64,000 nt of DNA, from contig JBHGNT010000018.1 in NCBI GenBank assembly GCA_043228905.1, forward strand, positions 10,726,001-10,790,000, given 5' to 3'. Shown in pieces: positions 1 to 12,298 of the stretch. This DNA is from Azolla caroliniana. Taxonomy: Eukaryota > Plantae > Polypodiophyta. The first letter of the stretch is position 1. Every line of letters begins with the position of its first letter. The notes under the pieces were generated by a model. The model saw only the letters and a program-made list of their open reading frames with translations, searched no databases and was not told the DNA's origin. Made by a program: the position numbers and the translations under genes.

Positions 1-56
1 CATCAATCATCATCATCATCATTCTCATTAACCCTAACCCTAAAAAACCTACAACA
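1..56. mobile_element. Terminus of an unidentified LTR (element X) inserted into the RNase H of element A; continues left of the window
   Basis: A's RNase H (..YYASRKLSKAERNYSTTERKALGMVYSVTKYRHYLLGRKFS, minus strand) stops abruptly at 57, next to a ...CAACA end at 52-56. Confidence 0.6.
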
Positions 57-3000
57 GAAAACTTCCTTCCGAGCAGATAGTGCCTGTACTTTGTGACACT
101 ATACACCATTCCCAATGCCTTGCGTTCCGTCGTAGAGTAGTTCCGTTCGGCTTTTGAGAGTTTTCGGCTTGCGTAGTACACCGGTCGGTACCATTTCGGC
201 TCCGTGAGTTGCATCAGAACGCTGCCGATCAGCTTTTACTCCAATCCGGCGGTTGCACCACCGGAGCTTGCGACAGCATAACCTTCAACGCTTGGTAGGC
301 TTCCTCCTCCGTCTCCGCCCATAGGAAGGGTACCCTGTGTACGACGGTATGTAATGGTGTAGCGAAGTCTGCGAGGTGCCGTATCATCCGGCTATGCCAC
401 CTTATTTGGCCCAGGAACCGGCTTAAAGCCTTTGCGTTATTTGGTGCTGGTGCCTCGAGAATCGCCTTGACTTTATCCGGATCTACCGCGATTCCTTCCT
501 TACTCACCACGTGCCCTAGTAAGTTGCCGCTTGCCACTCCAAAGACGCACTTGGCCGGGTTCAGACTCAACCGGTACTCGCGGCACTTCTCCAAGCACAG
601 CTGGAGGTGATCGAGATGCTCTCCGTGCCGGCTGTAGACCGCGAAATCGTCAAGGAAGACCTGCATAAAACCGGGGATATATTCCCCGAAAATTTCCATT
701 ATTATCCTTTGAAAGGTCACTGGAGCCGTCTTTAGTCCGAACATCATCACGACCGCGACGAACACTCCCCATTCCGTAATGAACGCTGTCTTCTCCTGGT
801 CGACCGGGTTCATTCGTATTTGGTTGTAGCCGCTAAATCCATCCAGGAAGCTGTAAACTTCGTGGCCGGCTACCGCATCTAACACCCCGTCCGTAAATGG
901 TAGTGGAAACGCATCGGTCACTGTTGCGGCATTTAGTTTTCGGTAGTCCACGCATACCCGGATTTTGCCGTTCTTTTTCGGGACCACCACTATCGGACTC
1001 AGCCAGGTTGCCTGCTTGACTAGTCGGATAAATCCGACCCGAAGGAGCTTATCAATCTCCTCCTTCACCTTCGCCGCATAATTCGGATTCATCCGGTACC
1101 TGCGTTGAGCGATCGGTTTCGCGTCCGTACTTAGGTGAATTTGGTGCTGATAGAGCTGGGGATCCAGCCCTCGCATGTCTTCGTACGACCACGCGAACAC
1201 ATCCTTGAAGTCTGTTAATAATGCTATCATTGCCTTCTTTTCTTCCTTCGGCAATCCCTTTGCGACATTTACCGGTCGGGGCTTGTCTGTTGTGCCGAGG
1301 TCCACCTCCTCTAGTTGGGATGCTTTTACCCTCTGGGATATCGTCATTTCTCTCTCTAGGGATTCCTGCGCTTGTCGCAGTTCCCGGATCGCTGCTTGGT
1401 CCGGTTCATCCGGCGTCGTAATGTACGGTTCCACTGCCGCCGTGATATCCACCTCAAATAGTGGGACGATTCGTGGGTGTTCCTCAAGGTACCGCTCGAC
1501 TTCCTCGTCCGGTAATTCCTCCAACATGTTGATGCTTTCCGCATACAATGGAGTTGCTTCCTTACTGGTGATCACCCGTGGTTGCGTCGTTACTCGTACC
1601 TTTATTTTCCCTCGCCGGAATGTGATCATGTTCTTTTGCCAATTGTGCTTGATATGCGCCATTCGCAGCCATGGTCGTCCTAGCAGTAGGGGGTACGCGC
1701 GTTGTACATTCAGCTGCAGCACTACGGCCGATATCCGGAATACGTGGCCTCCGATCGTTACTTCCAAATCCCGGATAAGTCCGGTCGGTCGGACTGAGCT
1801 GGTATCCGCCATGCGTAACCAGAAGGGGCATGGTTCCCATTCCCGGATGCCCAGGTTATCGCATGTCTGTCGGCTGATGACATTTACCCCGGAGCCTCTG
1901 TCAATAATCGTTCCAACAATTTCCTTCCCTTTCACGATTGCCGTGATCGTCGGGCTACTTGTATCGACCACCGCTGGTCCTTCCTCCGGGTTGGAGAAGA
2001 ATGCCGGTGCTGGCGTCGGCGTCGGTTTGCTCACGGATGCCTGTAAGTCTGTCATAAACCGTGGCACCAATTGTAGTAGCCATGCTAATGGCAACACGAT
2101 GTGACAGTCCTGTAGCGCTTGCCACATCAGGTTTTCTCCTGGCTGTATGATTTCTTCGTCTTTTGGCATATTTTGGTCTCTTACTTCTACCGCATTCTGT
2201 TCATTGGCCTCCTTGATCCATTGCGCCGCTTGTTTTCTGATTGCCTCCTGGGCTTCCCACTCGGCGGTCTTTTCCTTTGACCGGTTTGTGACCTGCTGTA
2301 CTTCTGTTATTTCGACTGTAACCATGTTGACTGCCGGCTGCTTGTCATTGGTTTTGCTTGGGCATTGGTTACTATAGTGGCCTTCCTTACGGCAGTAATA
2401 ACAGTACACCTTGTGACTGTTGCTCGTTTCTCCTTTGTCCCCGGTTTGGAGGGTGGGTATACTTCGACGGTCGTCTTCGGTTTTTCGGTTATCCGGTACC
2501 GATACCGGGTTGTCATTCCTCGCTGCCTCCCGACGTTCCTCTCTTCGGAAAAATCCACGCTTCTGATTCCGTCGGAAATTTCAGTTCCCTTGTCGCCTCT
2601 CTTCTCTGCGTCGTTCGTATTCCGGGGATTCGTCTCGGTCGTACCGGTCCCGGGGGTAACTATCTCTACGTTTCTCTTCTCGGTCATAGTTATCGCGTCT
2701 TCTATCAGCGTATCTGTTACCGCGTTCGCGTTGGTAGCAGTCATCTCTCCGGAATCGATCCTCATCCGGGTTCTGATTGCGCGGTTCTATGTGTCGAACC
2801 GGTGCTGCCTGCCGATTTAACAGGTTATATTCGCATCGGTCCGTTGTATGGGCTCGAGAGTTGCAGATCATACATTGTGTCCGCAGGGTGCAGTCTACTG
2901 TTGAGTGGCCCGAATTTAGGCATGTTGTGCATTGTAAGGCCTGTCGGAACCTCAGGTCTTCCTCCTTTGGGAGTGCCTGGTGTAACATCCCCATCGACAA

Positions 3001-4155
3001 GAAGGAACTAGTCTTGTCCATTTCTAAGACCCGATCAATAACTTGGTCCATTGTGCTGGTGTGGAAATGAAGGACTCCGCACATTGTTCGAAGTGGCTCT
3101 TTCAGCGCGGCCAAAAAGACTGCTTTGGGTTCGTCTTCGGGTGGTGCTCTCGTCAGTTGGCTGTGCAGGGTCTGAAACCGAATGATGAATTGTGGTACAA
3201 TCTCGTTCTCTTCCTACCGGGTGGTGTAGAACTGCCCGACCAATTCCCTTTGCTCAACTTGTCTGTGAAAAAGCCTGAGGAATCTGGCCTTCAAGGCATC
3301 GAATGTGGCAAAGCTGCCCGGTAAGTGCTTTGCATGCCATCGAGCCGCCGGTCCTTCTAAGGTCATGCCGAATTCGGCGACTTTGGATCGTTCGGCTTCG
3401 GGCTTCGTTAGTCTTTGGGAGACATGGTTGGCTTCCCATGTTTGGAGGAATGCGTACACGTGTGCCTCCGCGTAGGGCTCATCCCGGTACTTTGGGTATG
3501 GGTACGGCATCGTGTCGTCCAACTGACTCTCCTGCCTTCTCCGCTCTCTGTCCGCTATTGGCGTCGGTGTGAGAACCTTTGGTTCCTCCGCGGTTAGTGC
3601 CGGTATCCGCTCCTTCAGTTCCTCCGCGGGTGTTGCCGGTGTCGGATCCTTTGGTTCCTCCGCGGGTGTTGTCGGTATCCGCTCCTTCGGTTCCTTCGTG
3701 GGTGTTGTCGGTATCCCGTCAGCCTCCCTCGGCGATTGCCGGTCATCGAACTCCAAGGTTATTTCTTCCTCTGGCTCCGGTGTTACTGAGTCTTCCGACC
3801 CCTCTTCCCCCCGGTTGTTTGGTGTGTCGTGGCTGCTTTAATACCGGGACGCAACGCTTCCGTCGCTTTCCGACTCCGCCTCAAGTGTTGCGAATGCTTC
3901 CGAGTCCCCGTCGCCCCTGGCGAGCGTTTGTAGTATCGTTTCCGCCTATTGCAGGCTTGTTATGCTACTGCCTTCGTCGGGGATTTGCAGAACCCGGAAC
4001 TGCAGTGCTTCTTCTGCGACTCTCCGAAGAGTTTTGGAGAATGACCGATCCCGCCGGATCTCGTCGACGGCTTGCTGCAGGGCTTCCCGTCGTTGCTCGC
4101 TTTCGGTGTATCGTCTCCCTCGTTCGGTGATGTGGTCGTCGTTTGGTCTAGACAT
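57..4155 (-). pseudogene. gag-pol: A gag-pol, a single frame broken by nonsense changes (ORF pieces 3946-4239, 3214-3756, 2581-3114, 229-2409)
   Basis: Pieces share one frame; CCHC knuckles; protease-like IIDRGSGVN; RT motifs CVDYRKLN, FLDGFSGYNQI, FLDDF; small deletion/frameshift near 230 before RNase H. Confidence 0.85.
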
Positions 4156-4191
4156 CCATCCCCCGGTTGTCCTCTGCACTTTGCAGGAATC

Positions 4192-4201
4192 GTGGTCGCC
4201 A
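4192..4201 (-). promoter_or_regulatory. PBS of A, probably tRNA-Arg
   Basis: TGGCGACCAC 6 nt inside the LTR, complementary to a ..GTGGTCG-CCA tRNA 3' end. Confidence 0.6.
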
Positions 4202-4207
4202 AAATAG

Positions 4208-4597
4208 TGTTGTCTGTCTGGCCGGACTAGCCTCAACACAGGTGTCTATCTGACACTTCTCCAAAGGGGTGGTAAGGATTGGATGCTAGGTTACACGCGT
4301 AAGATAATTACAATTAAGCACTGACGGTAAACAATACGAAGATACAGATAAACACACAATAATTACTTTTGTATTACTTCCGTCCCACCCTTTACAAATC
4401 ATCGGATCCTTTTATAGCCATCCGGCAAGGTTACAATCGGTGCGCTTAGGCAACCGACATCCGAATCGGTCCGGATCCGGATCGGTACAACTGTACCGGA
4501 TCCGTCCCTCCGAATAATAATTCTACTATTATTTACTTCCTATTATCCGATCCGACTCCGCCTTCCCACTTGTCCTTGCTCTTCTGACCGGCCAACA
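4208..4597 (-). repeat. 5' LTR of A (390 bp)
   Basis: TGTTG/CAACA termini, adjacent PBS, sharp junction to unrelated pol. Confidence 0.8.
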
Positions 4598-5355
4598 AGG
4601 CTTTCTTCCGAATCCGGTTGGCCTCGTCCGTTGTCCATGCCGCGTCCGATGTCATTGTTTTCAGGAACCCGCCGATCTGCAGCCACTCCCCGTCGTACTT
4701 GCTCTCGTCGAAGCTGTTAAGCCCCGTTGGTTGTCACGTAAGCCGCCTCGAAGAAGTCCACGCCGACTTCCTCGTCCTCTGAAACCATGCCGCCATCGTT
4801 TTCGAACCTCGACCTTGAAAGCATGTCGGCCATGGTGTTGTTTTTCCTGGAAATGTGTCGTATTTCCGGATTCAGGGACTTGATGTACGGTATCCACCTG
4901 AGCATCGCCAGGTCCGGCATCGCGCATCCGGAAACCATGCCAAGAATTGGCAAGCAGTCTGTCCCGATAATTACCTCTACCCCGATCAGGTAGTCTTTGT
5001 CGGCCTTTACCGCCGAAACGATACCCCAGAGCTCGCGTTTAACCTGGGCGTATCCTCGTTGTCGCGCGCTGAGGACCTTCGCGCCGAACCGGACCGGGGA
5101 ACGCATGCCGTCCTCGTCATCCTGGTTGAAGACCCATCCGATCCCGGTCGGACTTGTGTCTACCGTTACGTAAATTGGAGTGCTCTTTCCGTAGATAGCC
5201 TTTCAGAGGGCCGGAGCCGCGGCAAGTGCTTCTTTCATCTTCCGGACAAACTCCGTATGCTCGTCTCTCCACTCGAATCTTCGCCCCTTTCTCAGCAACC
5301 CGTATAACGGCTCCGTGACGTGAGCGTAATGCGGGATCCATATGTGGTAGAACGT
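4598..5355 (-). pseudogene. pol: B pol fragment (RT connection/RNase H)
   Basis: FYHIWIPHYAHV, RGYAQVKRELWGIVSAVK, TDCLPILG, NTMADMLSR. Confidence 0.85.
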
Positions 5356-6123
5356 TGTCGCGTTGTTACGCGCGTGCGTGGAGAAAGGCGGGACCACGGG
5401 GGTCTTGGACTAGGGAGTGATGGAGCGTAGGAAGTCGTACTTCACCATTTCCGGGGCCTCTCAGAAGCACACCGGAAGCAACCGAAGGGAGAGAGAGAAA
5501 GAGAGGGAGCGCGCGCTTAACACCGACTCACGCACACACACGCACACACACACACATGCTGACCCGACTCACGCCCTTATGTACAGGAAACGCAGGAAAG
5601 GGGAAGCACCCGACACCAACAGAGACGCGAATATACACAGACAGACGCAAATGTATATATATAAAAGGAAGAATACATTCCTGGCTTCGAGCCGGACCAA
5701 GGTAGGTTACAACAGTCGTCGGCTGCCAAGCCGCCGGCGGGGAGCTCACGGGCTCATCGCGCCGAGTGGGGTCTTGTGCAGGAGACGAGCTGAAGCAAAC
5801 CCTAAGCGAAACACGAAGGGGGAAGAAGAAGAAGAAGACGAAGAACGAACCCTAAATCTAACGGTATACCCTCTAACGCAAAATGGGCAACCCCTTCACA
5901 AAGGTCGCTCCCTTCCTTTTATAGAACTAGGAGAGGGATGCGTTACAATGTGGGATAAATCCCGACTTACATGTGATCGTCTGTCCCGACTTGACTACTC
6001 TTCGGCGCCATAAAGGCGCCCTCGTTATTCACACTAAATGTACAGGGGGAGCACACACGCTGCACCCCGTCGATGTAGCCAATGTTTCCCGGTTTCCGCC
6101 TCTGACCGAAATTCTTCACGACA
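5356..6123 (-). repeat. 3' LTR of C
   Basis: TGTCGCG..CACGACA; repeated at 9708-10464. Confidence 0.9.
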
Positions 6124-6659
6124 TACGCCCCCACCTAACTGCACGTCCACCGGTACGTGCCAAATCTGGTTGAAGGGTGAGAGATTTCGGCCGGTGAGAA
6201 ACCGGTCTTCCATGATCAGCATCTCGGCTCGCTGCCGGATTGATCCGTTGGCTTCGATTCTTCCTTCGCGCTTACCTCCCCGTAGGCTCGTTCGACCCGT
6301 CGATGGGTCCTCTGCCGCGATCTCCGTAGTACGCGTACTTCCATTGGCCCTTGTTCGGCCGTATGAACGCCCGCTCCCTGCCGTATGCCCGATGTCCTCC
6401 GCTTGAGGAAAGCCCGTAGTGGCCCGCTTGGCCTCCGTTGATCATTCCCTAACTCTGACCCTGTGCAGTCCACTACGTCACCTCGTTCCCGACACCTCCC
6501 TTGTGCCATCTTCCGCCCGCGCCGAGCACCGTCCCGCAGTCACGCTTCGATCCGGCCCGCGATGGCCACTTGCGAGACTCTTGTTCCGTCCCAAGTGTGC
6601 CTTTCCGGCTTGACACACCTCCTCGTGTTTGCCCCTACTGGCTCCTTCCGAAACCTCGT

Positions 6660-7960
6660 GTCGTCGGGTCCCGTTCCCTGCCGCCACCAACCTTCTCTCT
6701 CGGTCTCCCGTTGCCACGTTGGCCGAACTGCCGGAGTCTCTGGATCCGTGTGAGGGTCCCATAGGACCGGACTCCGTTTCCATGCTTGCCAAAATTCGGG
6801 TGTCTTTTGTTTGAGTCCCTCCCGGACTCTCCTCGTGTCTTCCGCGCAGTCGGGTCCCGTTTCCCGCCGCCACCAACCTTCTCTCTCGGTCTCATGTTGC
6901 CACGTTGGCCGAACTGCCGGAGTCTCCGGTTAAGTGTGGGGATCCCGTAGGACCGGACTTCCTTATGCCCATTGACCTTGCCGGAAGGTCCGTTTTGGTT
7001 TGTGGCCGCCTGGTCGGCCTGATACCTCCTTGCCATTCGTCGCCTCCTGCCGTCCGATCACGTTCTCCTGCCGCCACCGATCTTCCCTATAGGACTCACG
7101 CCGGCTCTCGGGCCGACCGCCGGATCGGTGTGAGGATCTCCATAGACCGCCCATCCGTAGCCCTTTTGCCTTCGTCACCTCGCCGCCACCGACAGTATCT
7201 TGGTCTTACGTCGACCACGTTGCCGACTGCCGAAGTCTCTAGAACCGGTGTGAAGGATCCTCCTTGGCCGTTCGTCGCCTCCTGCCGTCCGATCACGTTC
7301 TCCTGCCGCCACCGATCTCCCCTATAGGACTCACGCCGGCTCTTGGGCCGACCGCCGGATCGGTGTGAGGATCTCCGTAGACCGCCCATCCGTAGCCCTT
7401 TTTCCCTTCGTCACCTCGCCGCCACCGTTAGTATCTTGGTCTTACATTAACCGCGTTGCCGACTGCCGAAGTCTCTAGAACCAGTGTGAAGGATCCTCCT
7501 TGGGCCTCCGATTTGTCTTCCAGACCCTGTCCCGGGTCGTCCTTTTCCGCACGCCGAGAGGGCGGTTTACTCCGCACCCTCTCCCATGGTACCGACGTAC
7601 CGTCTCCTCGGCCTCTTCGTAGGCCGGCTCTTTTCCTCCCTCCCGGAATGGTCATCCGGGAGTCCGTTCCGCCTGGTTCTCGTCCGGGTCCGTCTGTCCT
7701 TCTCCGTATTGCCGGGTCCCGTTCTCCTGTCGCCACCGGCCTTTTCCCTAGGTCTCACGTTGCCACGTTGGCCGAACTGCCGGGGCCTCCGGACTGGTGT
7801 GGGGATCCTGTAGGATCGGACTTCGTTCTCCTCTTCATCCCTTGTACTTCTCCCGAACTCGTCGCTTCTCTCCTTCTCGCGTACTTGCCTCCATCCTCCA
7901 TCTCTTTCGGTCTCACGTTGCCAATTCGGCTGAACTGCCGAAGTCTCTGGATAAGATGTG
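6660..7960. repeat. Internal repeat modules of C: a ~235-bp tandem pair at ~7030-7500 and a recurring GTTGCCACGTTGGCCGAACTGCCGG module
   Basis: CGTTCTCCTGCCGCCACCGATC at 7061 and 7296; module near 6710, 6895, 7759, degenerate near 7917. Confidence 0.75.
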
Positions 7961-8047
7961 GCGTAACCGATTTCGCAACATCTTTCTGCAACTCGTCCGG
8001 GCCACCGCCCCTTTTAGTGGTGTCGGTGGATAGCATATGCTTTGTGA

Positions 8048-9670
8048 TCAATCAAGCCCCGCCTGAGCTTGATTCTCCAATGTCCGGAGTTTCGGCTCCG
8101 ATGCCGATCTTGCCAGACTCGTTCCGAACCTTTGATCACCTTCCTTTCCAATTCCCGACCTTCGCCTGGTCGGTCTTTCTCCCCATGTAAAAGAGGGCAG
8201 CTCGTCCCGCACCCTCTCCCGTATCGGCACTGATCGAACAATCCACGACCGGATCACGCTCCACCCGTACCGGAGCGTCGCGTGGTTCGGTCCCCAGTCG
8301 GGTCGTTCCTTGGTCTCCTCCTCACCCCTTTCGCTGGCCATCTCCCATCCATCTTCGCTGGCATCGTGCCAGGACTCCTCGGTACCGCCATCCATCTCCT
8401 CGGTCTTACATGGGCACACGGGCCCGAACGCCGAGTTCTCCGGAATCGGGTCCGTGGGCTTTCGTCCGCTCCTTCCCCATATCGTCTCGCCGGTGATTCT
8501 TGGTCCTTCGCTGCCGCCTTCCTCCAATTGGGAATCACGTGGGCACTCGGGCCCGACTGCCATCGTCTCGGGAGCAAGTGTGGGAAGACACAAAGAATCG
8601 CCCGTCCGTTTTATGCTCTTGTCCGTAGTCACCGGCTCTTCGTGGTCGTCGGTCGACTCTTTACCGATCGCGCAAGACCCGCCTGGGCTTGCTTCTCCAT
8701 TGTCTGGGGTCTCGGGCTGACATGCCCGAAACCGCTGGTCCCAACGTTCCGATTTCGCGATCGGTATCTCGGCCTAGTCCTTGGCCGTTCTATCTCCGCA
8801 AGTCGAGAGGGCGTTTTGTTCCGCACCCTCTCCCATGGTACCGTCGTACCGGTCTTCCGCCGTCGCGTGGGGCAAGTCTGTCTCCTCGGTCTCTCCTTGG
8901 GGCCTCGATCTTTCCTCTTCCTCGAGCATCGCCTCGAGAGCTGCGTACGCCTCCGCAATCCTGGCCCCAACGCTGACCCTTGCCAACTCCCTTTGTCGTT
9001 CGGCCTCTTCCCGCTGTGATGGCACGCCGTCGCGCGCCTTCCTCTTAGCCTTCTCGGCTCGCTCACCGTCTAGCCGTTGGCACACCCTTCCGAACTTCGA
9101 CCAGTCCTCCGTAAGCCCATTCGCTCCATCATCGTCTTCGAGCTCAATGCCGATGGCCTCCCATTCCGCTCGGTCGATCGACCTAACGAACAATAGGACC
9201 TTGTCCGCCCCCACCAAACCTTGTTCCCGCTTCGGGAGCCGAGCAAGCCGTCGCTCGAACTCTCGGAACGCCTTGGTCGCGCCCCGGTGGGTCTTTGCCA
9301 ATGCTACCCACTGGTCAAAGTCGTGTCGTCCCCGGCTCTTCCGCCGTCCTCCGTATGCCTTCAGGAGCGCCTCTTTGAAGGCCTCCCATGAACTATGAGC
9401 CTCACGGAGCTCCTTTACTTCCGCATGCATCTAGACAGCTATGACCCGACAGAAGAACTCCAGCCTCAATGCCTCGTCTACGCCACGCTCCTCCATTTCC
9501 GCATTGTAGGCTTCCAAGTAAGATGGGACTTTGTCCCCGTTGAAACGGCCGACTCTTTCGACCACTCGCTCGACCGCTTGTTGCGCTGCTTCTCGCCTCA
9601 TCACCACTCGTGCCGACTCCAACACCATTTCGGCCACCATCACCGTGAGGTCGTCTTCTTCCGACTCCAT
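8048..9670 (-). pseudogene. gag: C gag N-terminal domain fused to an acidic low-complexity tail, two in-frame stops
   Basis: ORFs 9431-9670, 8774-9430 and 8048-8632 share a frame; homologous to B/E/F gag (GRFNGDKVPSYL, DKVLLFVRSID, ANGLTEDW). Confidence 0.7.
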
Positions 9671-9685
9671 CCTCCCTTGCTGCCT

Positions 9686-9703
9686 TTCACGTCGGGTTCA
9701 CCA
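9686..9703 (-). promoter_or_regulatory. PBS of C, tRNA-Trp
   Basis: TGGTGAACCCGACGTGAA, 18-nt complement of the plant tRNA-Trp 3' end. Confidence 0.85.
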
Positions 9704-9707
9704 AAGA

Positions 9708-10464
9708 TGTCGCGTTGTTACGCGTGTGCGTGGAGAAAGGCGGAACCACGGGGGTCTTGGACTAGGGAGTGATGGAGCGTAGGAAGTCGCACTTCACCAT
9801 TTCCGGGGCCTCTCAGAAGCACACCGGAAGAAACCGAAGGGAGAGAGAGAAAGAGAGGGAGCGCGCGCTTAACACCGACTCACGCACACACACACATGCC
9901 GACCCGACTCACGCCCTTATGTACAGGAAACGCAGGAAAGGGGAAGCACCCGACACCAATAGAGACGCGAATATACACAGACAGATGCAAATGTATATAT
10001 ATAAAAGGAAGAATACATTCCTAGCTTCGAGTCGGACCAAGGTAGGTTACAACAGTCGTCGGCTGCCAAGCCGCCGGTCGGGGAGCTCACGGGCTCATCG
10101 CGCCGAGCGGGGTCTTGCGCAGGAGACGAGCTGAAGCAAACCCTAAGCGAAACACGAAGGGGGAAGAAGAAGAAGAAGACGAAGAACTAACCCTAAATCT
10201 AACGGTATACCCTCTAACGCAAAATGGGCAACCCCTTCACAAAGGCCGCTCCCTTCCTTTTATAGAACAAGGAGAGGGATGCGTTACAATGTGGGATAAA
10301 TCCCGACTTACATGGGATCGTCTGTCCCGACTTGACTACTCTTCGGCGCCATAAAGGCGCCCTCGTTATTCACACTAAATGTACAGGGTGAGCACACACG
10401 CTGCACCCCGTCGATGTAGCCAATGTTTCCCGGTTTCCGCCTCTGACCGAAATTCTTCACGACA
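9708..10464 (-). repeat. 5' LTR of C
   Basis: Matches 5356-6123; followed by a duplicated 3'UTR (10465-10744) and a second LTR tip (10745-10821). Confidence 0.9.
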
Positions 10465-10821
10465 TACGCCCCCACCTAACTGCACGTCCACCGGTACGTG
10501 CCAAATCTGGTTGAAGGGTGAGAGATTTCGGCCGGTGAGAAACCGGTCCTCCATGATCAGCATCTCGGCTCGCTGCCGGATTGATACGTCGGCTTCGATT
10601 CTTCCTTCGCGCTTACCTCCCTGTAGGCTTGTTCGACCCGTTGCCGTGATCTCCATAGTACGCGTACTTCCACTGGCCCTTGTTCGGCCGTATGAATGCC
10701 CGCTCCCTGCCGTATGCCCGATGTCCTCCGCTTGAGGAAAGCCCGTGAGCACACACGCTGCACCCCGTCGATGTAGCCAATGTTTCCCGGTTTCCGCCTC
10801 TGGCCGAAATTCTTCACGACA

Positions 10822-12298
10822 ACGCGCACGCTCCCAAGAACTTCCGAACCTCCGTGACCGAGCTGCAGTCGTTCTTCATCGCAGCGATGGCTTCTACCTT
10901 AGCCGGAGACGGTTTCCGGCCGTATGGCCTGCATAGGTGTCCGACGACCATGATCTCTGATTGCCCGAAGGCCGACTTTCCCCTGGAGAAGGTGAGCCTC
11001 GCTCCCTCCAACCTCTGCAGCACCTTCTCGCAGTCGTCGATGTGCGTCGCCACGAATTTTCGGCATCTGTCCAGTCTGATCGTCTCGTCCCTTTCCTCCA
11101 CCGGGCATCCCTTGATCGGGATGTCGTCCAAAAACGGCATGGTGATGTCTGGGATACAATCCCTCAACACTTTGTTCATTGCGTTCACCATGTGAGCCAC
11201 CGAGTTCGTCCCTCCTTGCGGCAGGGTACACATCCGTACTAGGCCGAGAGGAGTTCGCATTGTCGTGATGTCTCTGCTCTCTACGGCAAGCTGGAACTGA
11301 TCGTACCCCGAGTAGAGATCACCGACCGAGTAAATCGACCTTCCGGCGAAGGCCTCCGCGAACTCATCTATTGTTGGTCCGATTCCTGCGTTTTGAATGG
11401 TCACCTTGTTGACCGGAAGTAGGTCTTGGATAAAGCGCAGCGTGCCGTCCTTCTTCGGCACGGTAAACCACCGATTCGAGTATGGGGCACTCGACGGTTC
11501 GAGGATTCCTATCTCGACCTTCTGCTTTAACAGCTCCATCAACTTCGGGATGTGAGCTCTGGGTACTGGAATCGGTTTGAGACTCCACGGCACATGCGGT
11601 ACCGTGAATATCACCATCGATTCCACGACTGTCGGGTCTACGCACCCGATCTCCCCCGGTGAGAATGCGAAAGCCTTCCCGTGCCTTCCGAGCATTCCCC
11701 AAAAACGTACCTCTTCCGCCAGCAGTAGGAAGCCGCCCCCACCGATTTTGAGCTCGCGTAGCGTTATATCGGTGAACGTGTGTCCTATGCGGGCCGGATT
11801 TTGTAAACTCGGGTCCGATGCAACCCCCTCTATTCGCAACTCGCTGCCCTCCGGCAAGGGAGCCGCAACTGGCCTCATCTTCCGGTCCACAGTCTTGTAC
11901 CTCGTGTCCACCCGGGCCGTCCGACCCGACTCGTGCCCTGTACTGAAGTCCGCAATGACTTCGTACATCCTTTCCGAACATACCGGAATCGTCCGATCCT
12001 CTCTAAGGACTCCTCCGACTACCTCTCGCAGCTCCCCCAAGGTATCGTTGAAAGAGACCGCCTCCACGGCTCCGTTGATTTCCTCTCCAAGGCCGAGGAT
12101 ACCACATGCCGGAAGTCGCTCCTCTGCCCTTTTCTTCTTCCGTCCAACAACGTCGACTATCGTACACCCTCCGTTGCCGGAGAACCAAAATTTCCTACTT
12201 ATAGTACAGGTCTTCTCCGCTATCGTACATTTGTGGGGTTTTCCCGGAGTGTCCGGACTATCACGGCCCCACGCCTTGATAGCCCTCTCTAAAAATCC
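10822..12298 (-). CDS. pol: B pol: RT, open frame from the frameshift site to the C insertion
   Basis: ORF 10814-12067; NRWFTVPKK, FIQDL, DLYSGYDQFQL, LPQGGTNS, FLDDI. Confidence 0.85.

Larger units (their letters stand above)
57..4597 (-). mobile_element. Element A: Ty3/gypsy LTR retrotransposon, Athila/Tat-like (5' part), inserted in B pol
   Basis: LTR TGTTG..CAACA 4208-4597, PBS, then gag-PR-RT-RH; B pol resumes at 4598. Confidence 0.88.
5356..10821 (-). mobile_element. Element C: non-autonomous gag-only Phygy-like LTR element (TR-GAG-like)
   Basis: LTRs 5356-6123 and 9708-10464 near-identical; Trp PBS 9686-9703; PPT-like 6124-6136; 4-bp TSD ACGT/ACGC; no PR, RT or IN motifs. Confidence 0.85.

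Noticed and set aside
30-43. AACCCTAACCCTAA telomere-like motif (also AACCCTAA in the C LTRs)
   Set aside because: Only one or two units inside LTR sequence; telo-box-like at most, not a telomere array
1175-2104. Long antisense ORFs (309 aa here; also 11577-12392, 50004-50654 and others)
   Set aside because: Shadows of GC-rich gag-pol frames with no recognisable domains
5417-6013. ORFs repeated identically in two places (5417/9769, 17892/22708, 48697/55678)
   Set aside because: They lie in paired LTRs and cross microsatellites, so repetition reflects LTR duplication rather than coding conservation
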